Source of the DNA: Methanothrix sp.
GTDB taxonomy: Archaea; Halobacteriota; Methanosarcinia; Methanotrichales; Methanotrichaceae
Direction: 5' to 3'
DNA length: 64,000 bases
Assembly: GCA_040770465.1 (NCBI GenBank)
Contig: JAXGJB010000002.1
Coordinates: 50,591-114,590 of the forward strand
How positions within the stretch are numbered: the first letter of the stretch is position 1; each line of letters opens with the position of its first letter. Positions 49,566-61,323 of the stretch are shown here, piece by piece. The notes below the pieces were generated by a model, which was not told the origin of the DNA, ran no database searches, and was given only the letters and a program-made list of their open reading frames with translations. A program made the position numbers and the translations under genes.

Positions 49566-50170
49566 CAGGTACCGCCGATGTCTAGGGCTTTTCTTATGAT
49601 CTGAGATATCGGTATCGAGCAGATGAAGTACCAATAGAACCAGTAGAATATGGGGCCCATCACAGTCTCAGCGATCTCGTGCCTTCCCCAGAAGGGGAAG
49701 TTGATGTACAGTGTGTTCTCGCCGATGTAGAGGTAAGCCCACATGAATAGGGGTATTGATACCAGCCCGATGTAAGCCATCGGCTTCAGCTGCATCTTCA
49801 TCATCTTGCTCTGATCGCCCAGCATCTCCCTCTGCTGGACCTGAAGCTGCTGCTGACGGGCCTTGTCCCCGGCGAGCTGAGCCTCCCGAAACTCTCGCTG
49901 AAAGCTCCTCATCGTATCTTGCTGCTTTTTGAGGTAGCTCCAGTCCATGGTGTACTTCTGGATGAGGCTGGCGTAAAGGCCGGTTATGGCGGCGAGGATG
50001 AAGAGGACGATGTGGAAGGGGAGGATCTCGGGGAGCCACCCGAGAACCGTGTTCATCACCTCTCCTACATTGTGCCTGAACTCCATGCTCACCATTATCC
50101 CCACCATCAGGGCGGTTCCGACGCCCAGAAGGAGGGAGTTGAGGTACCTCGCCAGGTCCCCGTTCTTCAT
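49565..50170 (-). CDS. DUF106 (EMC3/TMCO1/Oxa1 superfamily) membrane protein
   Basis: TM-coiled coil-TM layout, QLKPM, WFYWYFICS; position after secY. Confidence 0.9.
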   Translation of the reverse strand: MKNGDLARYLNSLLLGVGTALMVGIMVSMEFRHNVGEVMNTVLGWLPEILPFHIVLFILAAITGLYASLIQKYTMDWSYLKKQQDTMRSFQREFREAQLAGDKARQQQLQVQQREMLGDQSKMMKMQLKPMAYIGLVSIPLFMWAYLYIGENTLYINFPFWGRHEIAETVMGPIFYWFYWYFICSIPISQIIRKALDIGGT

Positions 50171-51786
50171 GCCGCCTCACCGAAGAACTTTCTCATCATC
50201 GGGTACATCTCCTGGATCTGCTCGCTGGCGACCTGCTCGTAGAGCCGATAGACGATGCTCACCGTGAGGAGAAGTCCGGTGCCGCCCGCGCCACCCAGGG
50301 TTCCCATGAGGCTTGCGACGAGGGTGAGCAGGCCGATGATGACGCCTCCGATCACCGTAACCTTGGGGATGTACCTTCCGAGGAGCTTCTCGATGCTGAC
50401 CGGGTTTCTCCTGTGGCCGGGTACCTGGAGCCCCGAGGCGTGGATCTTGGCGGCGACGCTCTTCGCCCCCATCCCGGTCGTCTCGATCCAGAACATGGCG
50501 AATATGACGCCACCTACGATCAGAACGGTGGCGTCGGTGAAGACGTGAAGCCAGATCTGCCAGCTGGCGATCGGAGAAAGGCCCAATAGCTCCATCCCGG
50601 GGTTGCTGTTCGAGACGAGGCTTGGTATCCAGTCGTAGGGGCTGTGTATCGGCGAGAGGTAGTACATGAAACCGGATACCGGCTGGGGCGACGTGGCGCT
50701 CACCAGTTCGTTTGTCATCATGTCGTACCGAGAGGTCGATGTGAAGGTGCCGATGATGCTCGAATAGGCGGTATAGACGATGTTCACCCCGGCGGCGGTA
50801 TCGGTGGTGCTGGCTGTGGTGATCGTCCCGATCTTGCCGGCGAGGAGGGTCCCTATCATCTGGATGTTCGCCTGGAGGGCTCTCACCAGGATCATGGGAA
50901 GGACGCTGGCGTAGACGAGCTTCACCGGAAACCTCCCGCGAGCGCCCCGGACGGAGCTGTGGGCGAGGGGTATCTCAACCCTGGTGCTCTCCACGAATAC
51001 AACGAAGAGGATGATCGCTACTGTGGATATCAGGGATAGGATGCCGCCGTCGATGAAGACCCGCTCAAGGCCGGAGGAGGTGAAGACGTCCTCAAGGCCC
51101 AGGACGTCGTTTGTGAATATGAAGACCCATTTTGGGATTATCCCTATGGGCAGACCTTTGTCTCCGATAGTCCAGTTGAAGAGGCCCGTGATCAGCGACT
51201 GGCTGATGCCGGCGACGATGAAGAGGCCGACTCCCGACCCGATACCCCACTTGCTCACAACCTCGTCCATGAAGAGGATGAGGACTCCGCCGATGCAGAT
51301 CTGGACGAATATCAGGAAGGATATCAGGCCCAGGGATACCCCGAGGGACGAGGCCAGTCCCTGGTCGGGGAGGAGGTAGCCGCCCGTCACCTGGGGGAGG
51401 GCCTCCACGATGATCATGATGAAGACAAGAAGCTTCTGTGTCCCCTGGAAGACCGCCTGGTCTCGCGGATCTCTCAGGTTCAGCTTTATTATGTCGGCTC
51501 CCACCAGGAGCTGGAGGACGATAGAGGCGGTGACTATGGGCCCTATCCCCAGGAGCATCAGGGAGCCGAAGGACCCGGCGAAGAAGGCTCGATACATCCC
51601 GAAGAGGTCTCGCGACGCCGGGGAGAGGCCGAATAGGGAGACGTTGGAGAGGGCGAAGTAAAGGATGAGGATGCCCACGGTCCAGCTGAGCTTCTTCTTG
51701 AAGTGGACGTGACCTTCGGGCCTCTCCACCGCCGGCAGCCTCCGCACAAAAGGCTCTATCGCGTAGAAGAAGCTGTGCTGATTCAT
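50167..51786 (-). CDS. secY: Preprotein translocase subunit SecY
   Basis: [50 protein letters not shown]. Confidence 0.98.
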   Translation of the reverse strand: MNQHSFFYAIEPFVRRLPAVERPEGHVHFKKKLSWTVGILILYFALSNVSLFGLSPASRDLFGMYRAFFAGSFGSLMLLGIGPIVTASIVLQLLVGADIIKLNLRDPRDQAVFQGTQKLLVFIMIIVEALPQVTGGYLLPDQGLASSLGVSLGLISFLIFVQICIGGVLILFMDEVVSKWGIGSGVGLFIVAGISQSLITGLFNWTIGDKGLPIGIIPKWVFIFTNDVLGLEDVFTSSGLERVFIDGGILSLISTVAIILFVVFVESTRVEIPLAHSSVRGARGRFPVKLVYASVLPMILVRALQANIQMIGTLLAGKIGTITTASTTDTAAGVNIVYTAYSSIIGTFTSTSRYDMMTNELVSATSPQPVSGFMYYLSPIHSPYDWIPSLVSNSNPGMELLGLSPIASWQIWLHVFTDATVLIVGGVIFAMFWIETTGMGAKSVAAKIHASGLQVPGHRRNPVSIEKLLGRYIPKVTVIGGVIIGLLTLVASLMGTLGGAGGTGLLLTVSIVYRLYEQVASEQIQEMYPMMRKFFGEAA

Positions 51787-52160
51787 GATACCACTACTTC
51801 ACCGCCGGCCTCTTCGATCTTCGACCTGGCGGAGGCGGAGAAGGCTGCTGCGCTGACCGTGACGGGCTTGGTGAGCTTGCCCCTCCCCAGGACCTTCATC
51901 TTCCCGAGATCGATCCGGCCGTCCTCAATTGACATCGAATCAAGCTCGCCGACGTTGATGACGTCGACTTCCGTGGCGTTGGGCCGGGTAAACCCGTGCT
52001 TGCCCATCGTCCTTCCTCGCATCATATCCAGAACGAAATGATGCTTGCATCCTCCCGCATTGCCGGTGCCTCCTCTCGACCCGGCTCCTCTGCGGTTCTT
52101 GTGGGTGCCGCCTCCACAGGTCCTGCTACCCCGGAACTTCTTCAGCTTGCTTTTAGGCAT
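51783..52160 (-). CDS. rpl15: 50S ribosomal protein uL15
   Basis: [30 protein letters not shown]. Confidence 0.96.
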   Translation of the reverse strand: MPKSKLKKFRGSRTCGGGTHKNRRGAGSRGGTGNAGGCKHHFVLDMMRGRTMGKHGFTRPNATEVDVINVGELDSMSIEDGRIDLGKMKVLGRGKLTKPVTVSAAAFSASARSKIEEAGGEVVVS

Positions 52161-52164
52161 GGTC

Positions 52165-52620
52165 CTACCTCATCTTCCAGATAAGATCTGAGATCGACTC
52201 GTGGTAACCGAGTTCACCGCCCTCTTTGACGGTCTTCTTGGTGCCGCGGTGACCTTTCCTCGGCGGATGGAGCCTGAATACCGGCTTTATCCCGGCGTCC
52301 TTGAGGCTCGCCGCCCCCCCGGAGACCGCCGAGGCGAACTCCTTTATCGTTCCGTAGGAGGTCTTCTCCTTTATGAACTGGTCAGTCAGCCGCTTGTTGC
52401 CGTTCAATCTTCCCCGCATCTCCAGGATCGTCGCGAGAGCACCCTCGTCGATCTCTCCCCAGGCTACGTAGTCTTTAACCTTCTGGATCATGCCCCTGTA
52501 GTGGGGGTTGTCCGGCACCACGACGCAGTGGTTTATCCTGTGAAGCCGGAGCATGTCGAGGGTATCCTTGATGTCGGGCTTGGTGTTGACGCTCCCTCGG
52601 AGTCTCACTATCGCATACAT
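52165..52620 (-). CDS. rpl30: 50S ribosomal protein uL30
   Basis: [26 protein letters not shown]. Confidence 0.96.
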   Translation of the reverse strand: MYAIVRLRGSVNTKPDIKDTLDMLRLHRINHCVVVPDNPHYRGMIQKVKDYVAWGEIDEGALATILEMRGRLNGNKRLTDQFIKEKTSYGTIKEFASAVSGGAASLKDAGIKPVFRLHPPRKGHRGTKKTVKEGGELGYHESISDLIWKMR

Positions 52621-52621
52621 C

Positions 52622-53224
52622 TCATACCCTCATGGTGACGGTATTTCGGAGCGCGTTGTAGGTGGCTTTGGCGAAGTTGAGGGTGGTCCTGGTGTTCCCC
52701 GAGGACTTCGTCCAGACGTCCTGGATCCCGGCCATCTCCATAACCTTCTTGGCGGTTCCACCCGCGGCTATCCCCAGGCCCCTGGGAGCCGGGATGAGGG
52801 CGATCGAGACGGATCCGGCCTTTCCCATGACCTCGAAGGGCACGGTATGCTCTGCACCGCAGCCGCACTCCCAGCTGCCACAACCGCGCTGTACCTTTAT
52901 GATGTTCAACTTGGCGACGTCGATTCCCTTCCTGATCGCGGGTCCGACCTGGTTGTCTCTGCCCTGGCCGATGCCGACGTAGCCGTCCTTGTTTCCTACG
53001 ATGACCGTGGCCCTGAACTTGACCCTCCGTCCCGAGTCGGTCATCCTCTGGACCATGTTTATGTCCAGAACCTCGTCCTCAAGCCCGGGGAGCAGGGCGT
53101 CTACGATCCCCGCCTCTCTGATGGGGAGCCTCGATTTGAGCGCCTCGTCAAAGGTGGTGATCTGACCCTCGTAAACGAGCTTGCCCAGCTTGGTCTTGGG
53201 GACCCATTCCTCTTTGTATTCCAT
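52622..53224 (-). CDS. rps5: 30S ribosomal protein uS5
   Basis: [31 protein letters not shown]. Confidence 0.97.
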   Translation of the reverse strand: MEYKEEWVPKTKLGKLVYEGQITTFDEALKSRLPIREAGIVDALLPGLEDEVLDINMVQRMTDSGRRVKFRATVIVGNKDGYVGIGQGRDNQVGPAIRKGIDVAKLNIIKVQRGCGSWECGCGAEHTVPFEVMGKAGSVSIALIPAPRGLGIAAGGTAKKVMEMAGIQDVWTKSSGNTRTTLNFAKATYNALRNTVTMRV

Positions 53225-53234
53225 CCTCATCCTC

Positions 53235-53744
53235 TCACCCCATTATCTTCTCGCGGGCAGCCTCGAACTCGGCCACAAACTCCACGCCCCGGTAGGCCTC
53301 GATATTCTCGCCGCGGATCCGTTCGTCGTCCGGGAAGATCTCCGGGCTGTGGGGCACGTCTACTCCGGCGTCCACCACGCCCTTGAGGGCGGAGTATATC
53401 CTGTTGCCCCTGGTGTTGGCGTGAATCCCCATGTCCAGGATCGCCTCACCCTCTCCCATCGCCTTCATCCTCTTGCCGAAGAGGAGGCCAGCCAGGTACG
53501 ATGCCGGGACGTTCCCGGTGTTCTGCTGGTAGCCGAACTTCTTCAGCTCCTGGGAGTTGACGGTGAGGAGAGTTCTGTCTCCGACGGGCTCTGCAACGAT
53601 CAGCTGCAGCGTGATGTTCTTGTTCCCCCTCCTTATGACAAGCCTGGGCTTTCTTGAAAGGATGAGCTTGTATCTGAAGTGATAATCGGTCCTGCCCTCT
53701 CTCCGCCTTCTGAAGGGCACCTTGTATCGCGGTCCGGTTGCCAT
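53235..53744 (-). CDS. rpl18: 50S ribosomal protein uL18
   Basis: [18 protein letters not shown]. Confidence 0.97.
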   Translation of the reverse strand: MATGPRYKVPFRRRREGRTDYHFRYKLILSRKPRLVIRRGNKNITLQLIVAEPVGDRTLLTVNSQELKKFGYQQNTGNVPASYLAGLLFGKRMKAMGEGEAILDMGIHANTRGNRIYSALKGVVDAGVDVPHSPEIFPDDERIRGENIEAYRGVEFVAEFEAAREKIMG

Positions 53745-54205
53745 CAGTCACTCCTCGTTAGACCTTTTGCCTTGATGTACGCGTTGAGATGGGCTGTGCT
53801 GCGGTACTCGCCGCCCTTTGCCTTCCGGTAGAGCATCCGATAGGTGTGGCGGTCGATATCGCCCTCTTCTCTCAGCCCCTTAAGCCTGCGGCGAAGAGCC
53901 CGGATCTTGGTCATCCACATCTCTTTCTTCGGAGACCGGGAACCTTGAGCGCCCTTTCTTCTGCCCTGACCTTTCTTGTGGCCGTAGGCCCTCTTGGCAG
54001 CTCTCGCCCGGTATCTCGCGCGGCTGTTGCCCTTCTTCGGTTTGGCCTTAATGTTTCCAGCCTCGATCTGAGACCTGATGTCCTCTCTGGTTATGGCCTC
54101 GCCTATCTCGCCTGCAACCTCCGGATCGGGGTTGATCCAGACCCTGCTCTCGCCCACTTCGAGGACTGACGCTGCAAGCCTCTTCTGGGTTGAGAAGTTC
54201 GGCAA
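53744..54205 (-). CDS. rpl19e: 50S ribosomal protein eL19
   Basis: QKRLAASVL, RVWI, WMTKIRALR, LYRKAKGG. Confidence 0.97.
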   Translation of the reverse strand: MPNFSTQKRLAASVLEVGESRVWINPDPEVAGEIGEAITREDIRSQIEAGNIKAKPKKGNSRARYRARAAKRAYGHKKGQGRRKGAQGSRSPKKEMWMTKIRALRRRLKGLREEGDIDRHTYRMLYRKAKGGEYRSTAHLNAYIKAKGLTRSD

Positions 54206-54206
54206 T

Positions 54207-54602
54207 TCAGTCGCCTCCTGAGGTGGGGTTGAGAACCTTCAGGTTCATCTCTCGGGCCATCGCCTCGATTTCGTCTCTCTTCTTCATGCCAACCGTCCCG
54301 GCGATCCGGACGGCACAGCCCTCGGCATCCAGCAGGTCCTCGGGATTATTCACCAGAACCTCTCTCATGCCGCAGGGGTGGTATCCCCGAACGCCTTTCG
54401 GGCTCCCGTATCCGGCCTTGACCTGCTTCCCCTTGGCAGCGATATGCTGTCTGAGCTTGTTGTGCAGGCCTCGGGGCCGCCTCCAGCTGGGCGAGAGCTT
54501 CTTCTTTTTGTGGGAATCGCAACGGTTGAACTCGGGCTTCCTCTTCTTCTGCCTCGCCCGAACTTTCATCAACCTTTCAGTTTCGGAAGTCAACTCCGTC
54601 AC
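54207..54602 (-). CDS. rpl32e: 50S ribosomal protein eL32
   Basis: WRRPRGLHNK, GYGSP, HPCG, VLNP. Confidence 0.96.
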   Translation of the reverse strand: MTELTSETERLMKVRARQKKRKPEFNRCDSHKKKKLSPSWRRPRGLHNKLRQHIAAKGKQVKAGYGSPKGVRGYHPCGMREVLVNNPEDLLDAEGCAVRIAGTVGMKKRDEIEAMAREMNLKVLNPTSGGD

Positions 54603-55132
54603 CTCTTGTCCACCAGGTATATTCCGTCCTGGAATACTCTGATGTCGAACCCTCTCACTTTGGTCGCTTGCTCGATGTTCGCCATAGTCTGGCCCACGAG
54701 CTCCTTATCGATCCCGCTGACGACCACGGTGTCGCCCTTGATCTCCACCTTGGAGTCGCCCATGATCTTGGCCGATCGGGGCTTCCTCTCGCCCAGGAAG
54801 TTGCTGATCAATAGCTCTCCCTTGGTGGCCTTCAGCTGAATCGGGAAGTGAGAGTATACGGCCTTCATCCTGTACTCGAAGCCGTCGTTGACCCCTTTGA
54901 TCATGTTGTTCAGGTGAGCGGCGGTGGTTCCCACCATGGACCGATGCCGCTTCCTGGTGATATCGGCGTCCACGACCAGGCCGGACTCATCTTTTCTGAT
55001 CTCTATCCCGGGATACCAGAGCCGCCTTGAGACCGTCCCCAGGGGGCCGGTCACCGTCACTGTGGCGTCGTCGCCGATCTTCACATCGACGCCCTCTGGA
55101 ACCTCTATTCGTCGCGCCAACTCCTTGACCAT
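54599..55132 (-). CDS. rpl6: 50S ribosomal protein uL6
   Basis: VYSHFPI, NFLGE, DIRVFQDGIY. Confidence 0.97.
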   Translation of the reverse strand: MVKELARRIEVPEGVDVKIGDDATVTVTGPLGTVSRRLWYPGIEIRKDESGLVVDADITRKRHRSMVGTTAAHLNNMIKGVNDGFEYRMKAVYSHFPIQLKATKGELLISNFLGERKPRSAKIMGDSKVEIKGDTVVVSGIDKELVGQTMANIEQATKVRGFDIRVFQDGIYLVDKR

Positions 55133-55141
55133 CTCGACCAC

Positions 55142-55534
55142 CTAATAGACGTAAGCCAGAAGCTGGCCGCCGATCCCGCGCTCTCTGGCGTCGACGTGAG
55201 ATATGACCCCCTGGCTTGTGCTCATGATGAGCACCCCGAAGTTTCGGGATGGGAGGTACCTCTTCTCCCACTTCTCCAGGTCCGAGACCTGGGTGGAGAA
55301 CCGGGGTTTGATCACGCCGCACCGGTTGATCTTTCCCTGTAAGTCGACCTTGAAGACGCCGGACTTGCCGTCGTCTATGAACTCGAACTCGCCGATGTAT
55401 CCAAGATCTGCCATAACCTTCAGGGTGTTACCTATGAGCTTGGAGGCGGGCTGGATGATGCATTCTCCTTTGCCGACGTCCTCAGCATTCTTTATGATGG
55501 ACATGGCATCGGCAAGCGGATCTAACAGTACCAT
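55142..55534 (-). CDS. rps8: 30S ribosomal protein uS8
   Basis: [33 protein letters not shown]. Confidence 0.97.
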   Translation of the reverse strand: MVLLDPLADAMSIIKNAEDVGKGECIIQPASKLIGNTLKVMADLGYIGEFEFIDDGKSGVFKVDLQGKINRCGVIKPRFSTQVSDLEKWEKRYLPSRNFGVLIMSTSQGVISHVDARERGIGGQLLAYVY

Positions 55535-55544
55535 CAATCATCAC

Positions 55545-55697
55545 CTACGAGTACTTCTCAAAACCCATCTCTTGGGCGATCTCTCTGAAACATTGCCTGC
55601 AGAGATAGATTCCGTATTTTCGGATGAGCCCCGGCTTTCTGCCGCATCGCTTGCAAGCATTTGCGCCTCTGCCGAAGCCTTTGGTATTCGTCTTCAT
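55545..55697 (-). CDS. rps14: 30S ribosomal protein uS14 (not in ORF track)
   Basis: Manual translation [50 protein letters not shown]. Confidence 0.96.
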   Translation of the reverse strand: MKTNTKGFGRGANACKRCGRKPGLIRKYGIYLCRQCFREIAQEMGFEKYS

Positions 55698-56209
55698 GCC
55701 GCCTCCACGAGGTCTACGCCGTATTTATTTTTGACGTACTCCATGGCGTCGTCTTTGGTGACCCGATGGCTATTTGCCATCTTGGACCTGGCGATCCGCC
55801 TTCGGGCGACTCGGTATCCGGGCCGCTTGAGGGCCACAGAGACGTCCATGCCGAAGATCCCTATGTCGGGATCGTACTTCATCCCCGGGAAGTCGGTGTG
55901 CTCCTCGACCCCGAAAGAGAAGTTGCCGGTGTCGTCGAACGAGCCTTTCCGGAGGACGGATCCCGCCACTTCGAGGGCTATTTTGAGGAACTCCTCAGCA
56001 TCGTTGCCCCGGAGGGTGACCCTGCACCCGATCGGCTCATTCTTCTTTATGCCGAAGCCAGGAAGGGTCTTTTTGGCTACCGACCTGACGGGGGACCTGC
56101 TCGTTATCTCGCCGAGGATCGTCTCGGCGTTGACCAGCCTCTGGCCGCTCTCGCCGGTTCCTATGTGGACGGTAACCTTGTCGACCCGCGGCTCCAACAT
56201 GACGTTCAT
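55694..56209 (-). CDS. rpl5: 50S ribosomal protein uL5
   Basis: [34 protein letters not shown]. Confidence 0.97.
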   Translation of the reverse strand: MNVMLEPRVDKVTVHIGTGESGQRLVNAETILGEITSRSPVRSVAKKTLPGFGIKKNEPIGCRVTLRGNDAEEFLKIALEVAGSVLRKGSFDDTGNFSFGVEEHTDFPGMKYDPDIGIFGMDVSVALKRPGYRVARRRIARSKMANSHRVTKDDAMEYVKNKYGVDLVEAA

Positions 56210-56910
56210 ATCTCAGCCCCCAGCTTGATGGCGGGCTTATCTCTGCCGATCATGAAGACGTGGTCGACGGTCGTCTCGAAATCCACCTTGCCGGAGATTA
56301 TCACCTTGTTGGGCCGGGAGCTCTTGACGACCTCGATCTCCTTGATCGTCCCGACTTCGCCAGAGTGGGACCCTCCCACTACCATGGCGAGGTTACCCTC
56401 TTTGAACTCGATGACGTCGGCGATCTCCTTATCGGGTATCGACAGGATCACCGAGCTTCCCGTACCGTAATCGCCCTCGGCGAGGATGTTTGTTCCGTCG
56501 TTGAGGTTCAGCTGCAATTTGCCGCCCTTGAGGATCGTCTTGTTCTCGATCCTGCAGAGCTTCCTTGCTTCGCCAGCCTCCAGCTCGTGGAGGTTGAACC
56601 TGCCCTTGGCGTCCGAAAGGAGCCTGTAGTTTGTGTCCATCGCCGGGACGGATATCACGTCGAAGATCCCCACTGGGAAGTTGACGTCCTTTCTCGCCTT
56701 GCCGTCGACGAGAACCCCGCCCTCGTGGAGGATCCGCTTCGCCTCTCTGGAGTTGTCGACCAGCCCCAGAAGATCCCTGACCACGACGACTAGGGGTATG
56801 CTCCCCTTTGCGGAGTGGGGGCCTGGCTTGCTCTTGGCCACCCAGGTGTGAATCTTCCTGGCGATCGGCCAGCTTCTGGGACTTGCAATCCTCTTCTGAT
56901 GTCTGCTCAC
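56206..56910 (-). CDS. rps4e: 30S ribosomal protein eS4
   Basis: [30 protein letters not shown]. Confidence 0.97.
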   Translation of the reverse strand: MSRHQKRIASPRSWPIARKIHTWVAKSKPGPHSAKGSIPLVVVVRDLLGLVDNSREAKRILHEGGVLVDGKARKDVNFPVGIFDVISVPAMDTNYRLLSDAKGRFNLHELEAGEARKLCRIENKTILKGGKLQLNLNDGTNILAEGDYGTGSSVILSIPDKEIADVIEFKEGNLAMVVGGSHSGEVGTIKEIEVVKSSRPNKVIISGKVDFETTVDHVFMIGRDKPAIKLGAEI

Positions 56911-56915
56911 CTAAA

Positions 56916-57266
56916 TCACCTGGAAAAGATCTTCTTCCTTTCTTCGTCGTCCAACTCCATCTTGGTGATGACGACGTTGGAGGGCTGGACGGGCCGAGGC
57001 ACCTCGGTCCCGTCGGCCCGGAATACGCTCACTCCGGCCACGTGGATGGTGCCGCTCTTGATGTCCGCCTTCTGGACTTCGCCCTCGGTTCCCGCATGGT
57101 CGCCGCGCATCACCTTGACGGTATCGCCCTGCTTCACCTGGGCGCTGCGAGTCTTCATCTCCTCGCGAAGCTCCTTGGAGAGGGGGGCGTGCATGTACTT
57201 CTGCCGTTTGTGAAGGGGGGCGGAGAACCTCTCTTTTCGCTGTTTGCGTGGCTGTTTGCTCGTCAT
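56916..57266 (-). CDS. rpl24: 50S ribosomal protein uL24
   Basis: [28 protein letters not shown] motif. Confidence 0.96.
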   Translation of the reverse strand: MTSKQPRKQRKERFSAPLHKRQKYMHAPLSKELREEMKTRSAQVKQGDTVKVMRGDHAGTEGEVQKADIKSGTIHVAGVSVFRADGTEVPRPVQPSNVVITKMELDDEERKKIFSR

Positions 57267-57271
57267 GGTAA

Positions 57272-57670
57272 TCACACTATTATCGACGCGGCCGATGCGA
57301 TCTTTCCGTACCGCTCAGCCACCTCTCTGGCCACTGGCCCCTTTATCTCCGATCCCTTGGGAATTCCGGCAGTATCGGTGATGACCGCGGCGTTGTCCTC
57401 GAACTTGACCCTCAGGCCGTCGGGCCTTCGGAACTCCTTCCTCTGGCGGACGATCACCGCGGTGAAGATCTGTTTTCTCATCTCCGGCGTACCCTTCTTA
57501 ACCGATACTACGACCATGTCGCCGATTCCGGCACAGGGCATCCTGTTTTTTACGCCTCTGTATCTCTTCACCGAGATGATCTCTAGCATCCTCGCGCCGG
57601 TGTTGTCGGCGCATTCCAGGCGCGCTCCGGCGTTGATCGGCCTTGGGATACTGGCCTTGAGCCCTCTCAT
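57272..57670 (-). CDS. rpl14: 50S ribosomal protein uL14
   Basis: [26 protein letters not shown]. Confidence 0.97.
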   Translation of the reverse strand: MRGLKASIPRPINAGARLECADNTGARMLEIISVKRYRGVKNRMPCAGIGDMVVVSVKKGTPEMRKQIFTAVIVRQRKEFRRPDGLRVKFEDNAAVITDTAGIPKGSEIKGPVAREVAERYGKIASAASIIV

Positions 57671-57987
57671 CGGACGACCTCCACCACGACGAATGACTTG
57701 GTCTTGCTGAGAGGTCTGCATTCTGCGACCTTGACCACGTCACCGACCTTCGCTTTCAGACAGGGGGGGTTGTGGGCGTGAAGCTTAGACCTCCTCTTCT
57801 CGTACCTGTCGTACTTCGCATTCTTCTTCTCAAACTCGCGCAGGACCACCACAGTATCGGTCATCTTGTCGCTGACCACCGTTCCGTCAAAGACCTGACC
57901 GCGAACGGAAAGCTCTCCATGAAAGGGACATTTTGGATCGTCACAGGCCTTATCAGGTGACTTGACGCCCAGTCCGACATCCCTCAT
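57667..57987 (-). CDS. rps17: 30S ribosomal protein uS17
   Basis: [25 protein letters not shown]. Confidence 0.97.
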   Translation of the reverse strand: MRDVGLGVKSPDKACDDPKCPFHGELSVRGQVFDGTVVSDKMTDTVVVLREFEKKNAKYDRYEKRRSKLHAHNPPCLKAKVGDVVKVAECRPLSKTKSFVVVEVVR

Positions 57988-58274
57988 AATTTCCACCTCG
58001 ATCTCCGTATTTTTTTGTTAATCCTGTTTTCAGGTTGTGAGACTAAAACTGAGCCCTCTGCCTTCACCTTCAGGTCCTGATACAGGGTAAAAATGAAGCA
58101 GTTGCAGGACTTGGGAACGCGTTTCGCTCCGCTCCTGGTCTCGATCAGAAATGTGTTCCGGGTCTCATCGACGACCCTGCCTGATAACCCCTCATGGGTG
58201 GGGTTTCTGCTATCGACGACCTCCACCGGCAGGCCTATCAGCTCATGTCTGACGAGATTCTCAGGAGATATCAT
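57984..58274 (-). CDS. rnp1: Ribonuclease P protein component 1 (Rpp29)
   Basis: [23 protein letters not shown]; canonical position. Confidence 0.94.
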   Translation of the reverse strand: MISPENLVRHELIGLPVEVVDSRNPTHEGLSGRVVDETRNTFLIETRSGAKRVPKSCNCFIFTLYQDLKVKAEGSVLVSQPENRINKKIRRSRWKL

Positions 58275-58477
58275 CACGCTAGAGCACGCTCCTTCTGTAT
58301 CGTCTTGATCCTGGCTATGGACCTCTTTATCTCCCGAATACGGCCAGGGTTCTCCGGGGCGCCGCCAGAGACGACGAGCCCCCTCTCCCGGATGAGCTCG
58401 TCGTTGAGCTTTTCGAGCTCATCGTCCAGCTCCTCGGGGCTCATGTTCCTCAGTTCATCGACCCTGAATATCGCCAT
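58274..58477 (-). CDS. rpl29: 50S ribosomal protein uL29
   Basis: [25 protein letters not shown]. Confidence 0.96.
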   Translation of the reverse strand: MAIFRVDELRNMSPEELDDELEKLNDELIRERGLVVSGGAPENPGRIREIKRSIARIKTIQKERALA

Positions 58478-58496
58478 GTCAAGTCACGCTCTCGTC

Positions 58497-59453
58497 TCAC
58501 TCTTCGCTCTTCGGCTCTTCCTCGGAGATCTCCTCTGCGGGAGCCTCCTCCTCGACGGCGGCGACCGTCTCTTCGACTACGGTCTCCGATGCTTCTTCTT
58601 CTTCAGCAGCCAGCTCTTCAGCGACCGTCTCCGATGCTTCTTCCTCAACAGCCAGCTCTTCGGCGGCCATCTCGGTTTCTTCTTCAACGGCTGTCTCCTC
58701 GGCGACCGTCTCTGTGGGGACCACTTCCTCGATTATCTCGATCTCCAGGTCCTCCACCACGATCTCCTCGACGGGACCAGCGGTCTCGGATTCCAGAAGC
58801 TCCTCCAGCTCGTCTTTCTTCTCCTCCGCGGGAGCCAGCTCCTCGACGATCTCCTTGGAGGGAGGGACGATCTGGAACCTGTCCGGGGGCACGGCGTCTG
58901 GAGGAACGATCCTCACCTGGCAGCCGATGGTTCCCAGCTTCTTCACCGCTACGGCGTATCCGTGGTCGACGATCTCCTGGGAGGGTTTGCCCGAATGTTT
59001 GACGTAACCGGAGAGGAACTTCTCGACCCGGGACCGCGGTCCAGTCAGCTTGCCGCTGAGGATGATCTCGCAGCCGAGAGCCCCGCTCTCCATGACCCTG
59101 CGCAAGGTGGTCTGTCCCGCCTTTCTGAAGTACCAGCCCCTCTCCAGGGAGCTGGCCAGCCTGTTGGCAACCACCTGGGCGTTCAGCTCGGCCTTGCCCA
59201 CGTCCTGGACGTCGATCTGGGGGTTGTCCAGCCGGAAGTTTCGGTCCAGGTCTCGGGTCAGCTTTCGGATCAGTTTTCCGCCCTTTCCGATGACCATTCC
59301 AGGCTTTTCGGCATAGACGGTGATCTGGATCCCCATGGGGGTCCTGTTCATCATCATGCCACCGTAACCGGCCCGACTGAGCTCCTTGGAGAGATACTCG
59401 TGGACCAGGGCTTTGGTGAAGCCGTCCTCTACAAATTTCTTCTCTACGCCCAA
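58497..59453 (-). CDS. rps3: 30S ribosomal protein uS3 with long acidic C-terminal tail
   Basis: [16 protein letters not shown] motif, [13 protein letters not shown]. Confidence 0.97.
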   Translation of the reverse strand: MGVEKKFVEDGFTKALVHEYLSKELSRAGYGGMMMNRTPMGIQITVYAEKPGMVIGKGGKLIRKLTRDLDRNFRLDNPQIDVQDVGKAELNAQVVANRLASSLERGWYFRKAGQTTLRRVMESGALGCEIILSGKLTGPRSRVEKFLSGYVKHSGKPSQEIVDHGYAVAVKKLGTIGCQVRIVPPDAVPPDRFQIVPPSKEIVEELAPAEEKKDELEELLESETAGPVEEIVVEDLEIEIIEEVVPTETVAEETAVEEETEMAAEELAVEEEASETVAEELAAEEEEASETVVEETVAAVEEEAPAEEISEEEPKSEE

Positions 59454-59454
59454 G

Positions 59455-59919
59455 TCAGCTCACCTCGGTCAATATCAGCTCTATCGATACCGTCTCCGTG
59501 TCCTTGGGGGTGGCTCTGCCCATAGCTCGGGGCATCCATCCCCTCAGGGTTCTCCCCTGCTTGGTGGAGACGTGGGTGATCTTCATATCGGCGGGGTCGA
59601 GCCCCTTGTACTCGGCGTTGCTGGTCGCGTTGACCAGAACGTCCAGAACGGCTCTCGCCGCCTTCTGGGGGTACCTGCCGGCGTCCCAGCCCACCAGGGC
59701 ATGTCTGTGGGGGACCTTCTTGTTGTGACGCCTGAAGGGGACGGGCCTCTTCAGAGCGATCACGTCTTCCAGGTACTCTTTCGCGGTCTCGGCTCGCATC
59801 CCCTTGATGGCGCTACAGATCTCCAGAGCGTGCTTGGGCGAGATGTGATGTTCCGTGCCCATCGCCCTGGAGGTCTTCTCCTTCTTTGCAGGGGTGATGG
59901 AATATTTCAGTCTTCCCAA
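59455..59919 (-). CDS. rpl22: 50S ribosomal protein uL22
   Basis: [28 protein letters not shown]. Confidence 0.97.
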   Translation of the reverse strand: MGRLKYSITPAKKEKTSRAMGTEHHISPKHALEICSAIKGMRAETAKEYLEDVIALKRPVPFRRHNKKVPHRHALVGWDAGRYPQKAARAVLDVLVNATSNAEYKGLDPADMKITHVSTKQGRTLRGWMPRAMGRATPKDTETVSIELILTEVS

Positions 59920-59929
59920 AATTCACACC

Positions 59930-60340
59930 TCACTTCAACGGCACGAACTTGCTCGATCGGGTGGCGCCCACGCCGGCGCTGCCGTGAGATACCCTTGATC
60001 TGGTCAGGGAGTACTCGCCGAGGTAATGGCCGACCATCTCCGGCATGATCTCGACCCGGTTGAAGGTCTTGCCGTTATAAATCTCGATCGTCTTTCCCAC
60101 CATCTCGGGAAGGACTATCATGTCCCGAAGATGGGTTCTCACCACGTCCCGGTCTTTGACCCTGGAGAGGAGCCTCTTGTGATCCTTGGTCAGGCCTCTA
60201 TTCAGCCTCCTCCGCTGCCGTGCGGGGAGGAGCGGCAGAAGCTCGTCAGCGCTGAGCTTGTTCAGCTCCTCGATCTTGAGGCCGCGGTAGGTGAACTCCT
60301 CTTTCCTCTTCGGAAGCCTTGATCCTGATTTCCTCGCCAT
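59930..60340 (-). CDS. rps19: 30S ribosomal protein uS19
   Basis: [30 protein letters not shown]. Confidence 0.97.
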   Translation of the reverse strand: MARKSGSRLPKRKEEFTYRGLKIEELNKLSADELLPLLPARQRRRLNRGLTKDHKRLLSRVKDRDVVRTHLRDMIVLPEMVGKTIEIYNGKTFNRVEIMPEMVGHYLGEYSLTRSRVSHGSAGVGATRSSKFVPLK

Positions 60341-60351
60341 ACAATCCCTCT

Positions 60352-61065
60352 TTAACGCTTTCCGGTCCTTCTGGCCGCAATCGACCCGACCTTACGACCG
60401 GGGGGTGTGTTCCTGCTGACGGTCTTGGGCCTTCCCGGATGCTGCCATCCGCCGCCTCCGAAGGGGTGGTCCACCACGTTCATGGCCACACCTCTGACCC
60501 TGGGGTACTTGCCAGCCTTGGACTTCATCTTGTGGTACTTCTTTCCCGCCTTTACGAAGGGCTTGTCGGTTCTGCCGCCGCCGGCGACGACGCCTATCGT
60601 CGCCATGCACAGGGGGCTGAGCCACTTCATCTCTCCGCTGGGGAGCTGGACGACGGTCTTTCCGACGTCGTGGGCTATGAGGATGCCGTAGACCCCGCTG
60701 GATCGGGCGAACTGGCCGCCGGACCTCGGGCTCGACTCGATGTTGCAGATGGGAATCCCCTCGGGAATCTCCGCCAGGGGCAGGGAGTTGCCCGGCTTGA
60801 TCTCGGCGGAGGCGCCGCAGGCTATCTCCTGGCCGACGTATACCCCTTCGGGGACCAGTATGTACCTCTCTTCATCGTTGTCGAGGACCACTCTCGCAAC
60901 CGGGGCGCACCGCGCCGGATCGTGGACGATCTCTTTAACAAGCCCTCGAACGGTCGTGTCCTGGTCCACCTTGACGTGCTTCAGCTCCGCCCTGAACTTG
61001 TGAGAGGGCGCCCGATAAGTCGGGGTTCCTCGACCTCGGTTCTGTTGTATTAATCTGTGCCCCAT
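60352..61065 (-). CDS. rpl2: 50S ribosomal protein uL2
   Basis: [28 protein letters not shown]. Confidence 0.98.
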   Translation of the reverse strand: MGHRLIQQNRGRGTPTYRAPSHKFRAELKHVKVDQDTTVRGLVKEIVHDPARCAPVARVVLDNDEERYILVPEGVYVGQEIACGASAEIKPGNSLPLAEIPEGIPICNIESSPRSGGQFARSSGVYGILIAHDVGKTVVQLPSGEMKWLSPLCMATIGVVAGGGRTDKPFVKAGKKYHKMKSKAGKYPRVRGVAMNVVDHPFGGGGWQHPGRPKTVSRNTPPGRKVGSIAARRTGKR

Positions 61066-61074
61066 AACCTCACC

Positions 61075-61323
61075 TTACAATAGTCCCAGGGTCGTTGCCA
61101 GCTCGTTGGCGCTGCCGTCACCGGCCAGCTTCACGGCCGCTTTCTTCTCGCCCTTGGATGTGATCATCGTCCTCACCGAGATCACTTCGACGTCGTAGAG
61201 CCGTTCGAGCTCCTCTTTGATCTCCTTCTTGTTCGCGCCGATATCCACCAGAAACTCCATGGTGTTGTCGGAGTCGATCATGTTGGTGACCTTCTCCGTG
61301 ATGAACGGACTCTTAATGACCAT
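61075..61323 (-). CDS. rpl23: 50S ribosomal protein uL23
   Basis: PFITEK, ANKKEIK, KKAAVKL. Confidence 0.95.
   Translation of the reverse strand: MVIKSPFITEKVTNMIDSDNTMEFLVDIGANKKEIKEELERLYDVEVISVRTMITSKGEKKAAVKLAGDGSANELATTLGLL

Noticed and set aside
58194-59525. 443-aa plus-strand ORF, and similar long antisense ORFs (e.g. 17368-18390, 32843-33937, 55203-56228)
   Set aside because: Antisense shadows of well-supported genes caused by GC-rich codon bias
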